The notes under the pieces: model-generated
The model's database searches: none
What the model saw: the letters and a program-made list of their open reading frames with translations, nothing else
Told to the model about the DNA's origin: nothing
From: Holophagales bacterium UBA5066
Lineage (GTDB): Bacteria > Acidobacteriota > Thermoanaerobaculia > UBA5066
Length of the DNA stretch: 64,000 nucleotides
Direction: 5' to 3'
Assembly: GCA_002414905.1 (NCBI GenBank)
Contig: DIAY01000107.1
Location: 11,009-75,008, forward strand
Program-made: the position numbers and the translations under genes
Shown: positions 61,636 through 64,000 of the stretch, piece by piece
How the letters are laid out: each line of letters opens with the position of its first letter
Numbering within the stretch: the stretch's first letter is position 1

Positions 61636-62139
61636 ATGCATCGAACGACGAGAGGGCTCGCGACCAGCGCAATCGTTCTGACCCTGCTCCTCGCAGGGAG
61701 CGTCGCCTTCGCCGGACAGGGATTCCGCGGAGGGCGGGAGGGAGCTCCCGGCCGGGGTATCCGGGCCGCGCTGGCGAGTCTCGGTCTGACCGACGCCCAG
61801 AGGGAGAAGGTGAGGGAGCTGCTCGCGGCGGAGAGGCCGAAGTACGAAGCTCTCCGCGAAGAGGGGCGCACGGCCCGCGAGGCGCTGCGCACGGCGGCAA
61901 AGGCCGCTACACCCGATCCAGCGACGGTCGGCGCCGCTTTCCTTCGCGTAGGCGCCCACCGCGATGCGATGCGCGCCGAGCGGGAGTCGTCCCGCAAGCA
62001 GCTCGCGGGGCTCCTCACCCCTGAGCAGCGGGCCAGGCTGGAAGGATTCCGCGAGGGACGAAGGGACCTCCGCAGAGGAGCCTACGGACCCGGTTCTCGC
62101 GGCGGACGACTCGGCGCATCGAGGCCTCCGCAGGGCTGA
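61636..62139 (+). CDS. Spy/CpxP-family periplasmic protein (LTXXQ motifs)
   Basis: 167 aa. Signal peptide and two LTXXQ motifs (LTDAQREKV, LTPEQRARL) in a helical Arg/Glu-rich body. AAGGAG SD 8 nt upstream. Confidence 0.75.
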   Translation: MHRTTRGLATSAIVLTLLLAGSVAFAGQGFRGGREGAPGRGIRAALASLGLTDAQREKVRELLAAERPKYEALREEGRTAREALRTAAKAATPDPATVGAAFLRVGAHRDAMRAERESSRKQLAGLLTPEQRARLEGFREGRRDLRRGAYGPGSRGGRLGASRPPQG

Positions 62140-62167
62140 CCTTCCTTCCCTTCCCCACCTGTCCGCG

Positions 62168-62206
62168 AGCGGCGGGGCGCAGGCGCGTCCCGCCGCTTCC
62201 GTTTTC
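62168..62206 (+). terminator. Rho-independent terminator after the Spy-like gene
   Basis: AGCGGCGGGG (62168-62177) pairs with TCCCGCCGCT (62188-62197), including one G-U pair. The loop is 10 nt, followed by TCCGTTTTC. Confidence 0.55.
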
Positions 62207-62261
62207 GCAGAGTGCTCCCGTCGTCACTGGCCGGCCCTCCGGGCGGGTTCCCGGCGGACTC

Positions 62262-62267
62262 TATAAT
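62262..62267 (+). promoter_or_regulatory. Consensus -10 box TATAAT upstream of lpdA (leadered)
   Basis: A perfect TATAAT lies 73 nt upstream of ATG 62341. The leader has a GGGAG SD. No clear -35. Confidence 0.45.
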
Positions 62268-62340
62268 CGCCCCTCGCACAAGCGCCCCGGACACGCACCC
62301 GCGCCGGCGAGCTGCCTGGGCGACACGGGAGATACGTGAG

Positions 62341-63768
<1,428 letters not shown>

Positions 63769-63836
63769 CGGTCCGGGCCTCGTCGTTTACGGCGGCCCGG
63801 CGTGCCTCGCCGGGCCGTTGCGCTTCCGGGAGTCAG

Positions 63837-64000
63837 ATGAAGATCCTCCAGCTCTGTCCGAAGGTTCCCTGGCCTCCCGACGATGGAGGGAGGGTCGCCA
63901 TGCGGGTTCTCGCCCTGTCGCTCCGGCAGGCCGGGGCCGAGGTACGGACCCTCTGCCTCAACCCGCGCAAGCACCACATCGACCCCGTATCGCTACCGGT
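63837..64000 (+). CDS. Glycosyltransferase (GT4-like N-terminus), 3' end outside window
   Basis: ATG 63837 is preceded by GGGAG. MKILQLCPKVPWPPDDGGRVAMRVLALSLRQAG is typical of GT-B family 4 N-termini. The frame is open to the window end. Confidence 0.6.
   Translation, partial: MKILQLCPKVPWPPDDGGRVAMRVLALSLRQAGAEVRTLCLNPRKHHIDPVSLP

Overview
High-G+C (by eye; not computed), very gene-dense chromosomal segment from a diderm bacterium. BamA, Skp, LpxA/D, an LpxH-like gene, Lol and MacAB genes are present. Gene content and protein style are compatible with Acidobacteriota-like or Myxococcota-like lineages, but I cannot assign taxonomy from sequence alone. I see about 50 protein genes and no rRNA, tRNA, CRISPR, integrase, transposase or prophage signature. 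I also see no obvious defence island or biosynthetic cluster. Most of the window is core metabolism and envelope biogenesis. (1) A co-directional minus-strand array runs 14269->1101: 543-aa unknown, lysS, lolC/E-lolD, clpC, bamA, skp, lpxD, fabZ, lpxA. (2) hpt-ridA, ltaE and an MBL hydrolase follow. (3) An outer-membrane-protein / macA / macB operon follows, then a membrane protein, ribF and rimO. (4) asnS is followed by an unusual fused chorismate mutase-prephenate dehydratase-ACT-DAHP synthase gene. (5) A signalling block holds a DUF4388 protein, a GAF-GGDEF protein and a GAF-PP2C protein. (6) dacB lies back-to-back with a RecB-type-nuclease/XPD-type-helicase fusion. (7) A plus-strand chain (UPF0104, nrdR, hsp20, lon, thiL, DUF2062) is joined by 4-nt stop/start overlaps. 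(8) A minus-strand set holds lpxH-like, aroA, a ~1290-aa sigma-54 activator and a TPR/GT-C membrane protein. (9) The last block holds a 1021-aa S8 peptidase, small unknown genes, a Spy/CpxP-like gene, lpdA and the start of a glycosyltransferase. I did not find one obvious novel system. The observations I rate highest: a recurrent promoter-to-start-codon geometry implying widespread leaderless mRNAs, which changes several gene starts; the aromatic-pathway fusion; the nuclease-helicase fusion; a REP-like hairpin repeat family; a 14-codon relic of a lost FtsX-type permease gene; a strong sigma-54-type promoter in front of clpC; a CTG start for the Lol permease; and several uncharacterised secreted or membrane proteins. 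All functional calls rest on my reading of the translated ORFs (motif recognition), not on database searches.
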